Origin: an uncultured Gemmatimonadota bacterium
GTDB lineage: Bacteria > GCA-2686955
DNA: 62,786 nucleotides
Direction of reading: 5' to 3'
NCBI GenBank assembly: GCA_964490075.1
Contig: CAZBBK010000008.1
Span: forward strand, 62,001-124,786
Shown: piece after piece, positions 60,692-62,786 of the stretch
How the letters are laid out: each line of letters opens with the position of its first letter
Numbering within the stretch: the stretch's first letter is position 1
Notes under the pieces: model-generated
Seen by the model: only the letters and a program-made list of their open reading frames with translations
What the model was told of the DNA's origin: nothing
Database searches by the model: none
Made by a program: the position numbers and the translations under genes

Positions 60692-62193
60692 GCCGCGCTC
60701 CCCGGCGCCGGCGACGCGCCCGTGGCCCGTTGTGCCGCGGTCTCGACCACGTCGAAGCGCGCCACCGCCTCGGCCAGCCGCCGGCCCGTTTCCGGCTCGA
60801 GCAGGCGCGCGCCGGCACGGTAGGCGCCCAGGGGACCGTCGGGCGGCACTTTGATCTTGGCCACCACGGTGCTGTCACGCGATCCCGCTCCGAGGATCCG
60901 ATCGTTGGTCCGCTCGATCGACGCCGGGTCCTCGTCGGGACCGGCGATCCAGGTGCGCTGGTCGACCCGCCACGCGCTCTCGGCGCCGTTCTCGATCACC
61001 AGAGAGATGGTGACGGTCTGGTTCGGAATCGCCTGCCGCGGCTCCGCGTAGATATCGACCCGCGGCCGCCGCGCGCCGTACGCTGCGATCCGGGTCTCCG
61101 AGGCGGCGTAGAGGCGGCCGTCGCCATCGATGCTGACCACGCCGTCGGTGACGTCGAGCCCGAAGAGATAGAGGATCTCGCCGTCGGCGTCGAGAGCGGT
61201 GAAGGAGGAGCCGGTGCCGCCGGCATAGATCCGATCGGCCGCGTCGACCACCGGGGAGCCTTCGATCGCGACGGCGATGCGGGTGCTCCAGAGGATGGCG
61301 CCGGTCGCGGGATCGTGGGCGTGGATCTTGCCGTCGAAGGTGCCGATGATCACGTTTCCGTTGGGCGAGATGGCCGCGGAGGAGCGGATCTCGGCGCCGT
61401 GATCGACCTGCCAGAGGATCTCGCCCCAGGGGGCGACGCAGTAGAAGACGCCGCCGCGGGTTCCGATGTAGATGTTGCCGTTCGGATGCAGGGCCGGGGT
61501 GTTGCGAGGGGCGCCCTGGGCTGCCACCGACCAGACCAGGCTGCCGTCGCCGGCGCGCAGCTTGAGCAGGCCCTCGTCGGTGTAACCGCCGGTGTAGAGC
61601 GACCCCCGCGAGTCGAGGGTGGGAGCGCCGGCGGTGATCGAGCGGCCGACGTCGTACGCCCAGAGCAGCTCCCCCTCGGGGTCGAGGCAGCGCAGGTAGC
61701 CATCGGTGCAGCCGAAGAAGACCCGGCCGTGACGGTCGACCACCGGCGGGGAGGAGATCTGCTCGCCGACGCAGTAGGTCCAATCGAGCAGTCCGGAGCG
61801 GGTGCGCAGGGCGTAGAGGCAGCCGTCGAAGGAGCCGAAGTAGAGCCGATCGTCCTGGGTCAAACAGGGGGCCGAGCGGATCGGACCCTGGGTCGCGAAA
61901 CGCCAGCGCAGCTCGCCGGCCCGGGTCAGGGAAACGACCTCGCCGTTGTTGGTGCCGAAGTAGAGATCGCCGCGCGGGCCGACCATGACGCCGGTCTGGC
62001 TGGAGCCGGGGATCGGGAAGGACCAGTGCAGCTCCGGCGCCGGGTCGGCGGCGGCGGGGGAGCGGCCGGTGTGGGCGACATCGTGGCGATAGAGCGGCCA
62101 CGCGGAGCCCGCGAGCTGCGCCGCCCGGGCGGCGGGGGGTGAGGCGAGCAGGGCGAGGGTGGCGAGGGTGGCGAGGAGGAGGAGTGTGCGCAT
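60682..62193 (-). CDS. Secreted PQQ-like beta-propeller repeat protein (paralog of the downstream gene)
   Basis: Signal peptide; WPLYRHDVAHTG; YFGSFDGCLYAL, GELLW repeats. Confidence 0.88.
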   Translation of the reverse strand: MRTLLLLATLATLALLASPPAARAAQLAGSAWPLYRHDVAHTGRSPAAADPAPELHWSFPIPGSSQTGVMVGPRGDLYFGTNNGEVVSLTRAGELRWRFATQGPIRSAPCLTQDDRLYFGSFDGCLYALRTRSGLLDWTYCVGEQISSPPVVDRHGRVFFGCTDGYLRCLDPEGELLWAYDVGRSITAGAPTLDSRGSLYTGGYTDEGLLKLRAGDGSLVWSVAAQGAPRNTPALHPNGNIYIGTRGGVFYCVAPWGEILWQVDHGAEIRSSAAISPNGNVIIGTFDGKIHAHDPATGAILWSTRIAVAIEGSPVVDAADRIYAGGTGSSFTALDADGEILYLFGLDVTDGVVSIDGDGRLYAASETRIAAYGARRPRVDIYAEPRQAIPNQTVTISLVIENGAESAWRVDQRTWIAGPDEDPASIERTNDRILGAGSRDSTVVAKIKVPPDGPLGAYRAGARLLEPETGRRLAEAVARFDVVETAAQRATGASPAPGSAAWR

Positions 62194-62241
62194 GCGGGCC
62201 TTGGCGGCGGGTGGCGCGTTTTCGATGAAGGTCGTAGGGTC

Positions 62242-62270
62242 AGGGTACGGAATGCTGGGGTGTGGTGCAA
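62242..62270 (-). promoter_or_regulatory. Candidate sigma70 promoter for the propeller gene pair
   Basis: TTGCAC-N17-TACCCT on the minus strand. Confidence 0.45.
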
Positions 62271-62547
62271 TTGGGGGGGAGGTGCGCTGGGGTTTCGATA
62301 TAGCGAGCCTCTACGCAGGGAGCGGACGGTATGGGACAAGACCTGCCCTAGCCCCCGCCCTGTAGCGTTTCTCCCAACCTGGCTGGAGCCTCTGATCAGG
62401 GATGATCCAGTCAGGCCAGGCCAATCCGCCGGGAGCCACCTTTCCTGCTCAGCGCTTCGAGCGCCAGTACAGGGGTGACCCGACCATCGCGGCGGCCTTG
62501 TCTGTGCGTTTCAGCAAGGAGTTGGCCATGGAAGAGACGAATGTGTC

Positions 62548-62760
62548 GCGGAGCCGATGGTGATCGAGCTTCGGGAGTGGTCGCGGATGACCGAGCAGCT
62601 GCGCCAGGAGCACACGCGACTCACGAATCGTCTGCGCGAGCAGCTGCGGCGCTACTACCCGCAAACCCTGCGCTTCGATCCCGATCTCGGGACGGACTGG
62701 TTCCCACGCCGGAGCGCGTGGTCGAGGTGCAACCTGAGGCGATCGGCCGCGTCCTGTCTA
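62548..62760 (+). pseudogene. IS110-family transposase internal remnant
   Basis: EPMVIELREWSRMTEQLRQEHTRLTNRLREQLRRYYPQ..DLGTDWF, then frameshifted PTPERV..AIGRVL; no N-terminal DEDD domain upstream. Confidence 0.7.
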
Positions 62761-62786
62761 CGTGGCCCCGGGGACCCAAGAGGCGG

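Noticed and set aside
62150-62182. Short tandem GGCGAGGGT repeats
   Set aside because: They encode the LAT-LAT-LA hydrophobic signal peptide on the minus strand; not an independent repeat element.
1-62786. CRISPR arrays, tRNA or rRNA genes, prophage or defence genes
   Set aside because: None recognised by eye; gene density leaves few gaps large enough, but dedicated scans were not run.

Overview
High-GC bacterial genomic window, probably from a diderm FCB-superphylum lineage (inferred from a T9SS-type C-terminal domain, PorV-like barrels, GWxTD and DUF2723 proteins). Positions 1-17.1 kb are a co-directional dissimilatory sulfur-metabolism cluster: a YkgJ-like protein, qmoABC, sat, a degenerate macrodomain, a TmcC/TmcB-like (DsrMK-family) pair whose Fe-S/CCG subunit carries an intact receiver domain, a histidine kinase with two Cys-rich PAS domains, a stand-alone receiver, dsrM/dsrK-like genes, a receiver-USP fusion, a possible 27-aa membrane peptide and an SLC13/DASS permease. 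aprAB, dsrAB and dsrC are not in the window. Next come a sigma54-driven orphan flagellin-like gene, clpP, rarA, carB, carA, a DUF2723 glycosyltransferase, a TPAT-type TRAP transporter transcribed divergently from a TonB-receptor/CTD-protein/PorV triplet, a sigma54 two-component system with a probable secreted target, ssb, a four-gene outer-membrane cluster with CBM48-like glucan-binding domains, a peptidase-propeller-Omp85 fusion next to a GWxTD protein, a Ca/Na antiporter, dnaK with a sigma54 promoter, two PQQ-like propeller proteins and an IS110 remnant. The best candidate for an undescribed system is the phosphorelay with no DNA-binding output that is wired directly onto a DsrK/TmcB-like redox enzyme. 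The CBM48 barrel cluster and the TBDR-CTD-PorV triplet are next. All calls come from motif recognition by eye; no database searches were run.
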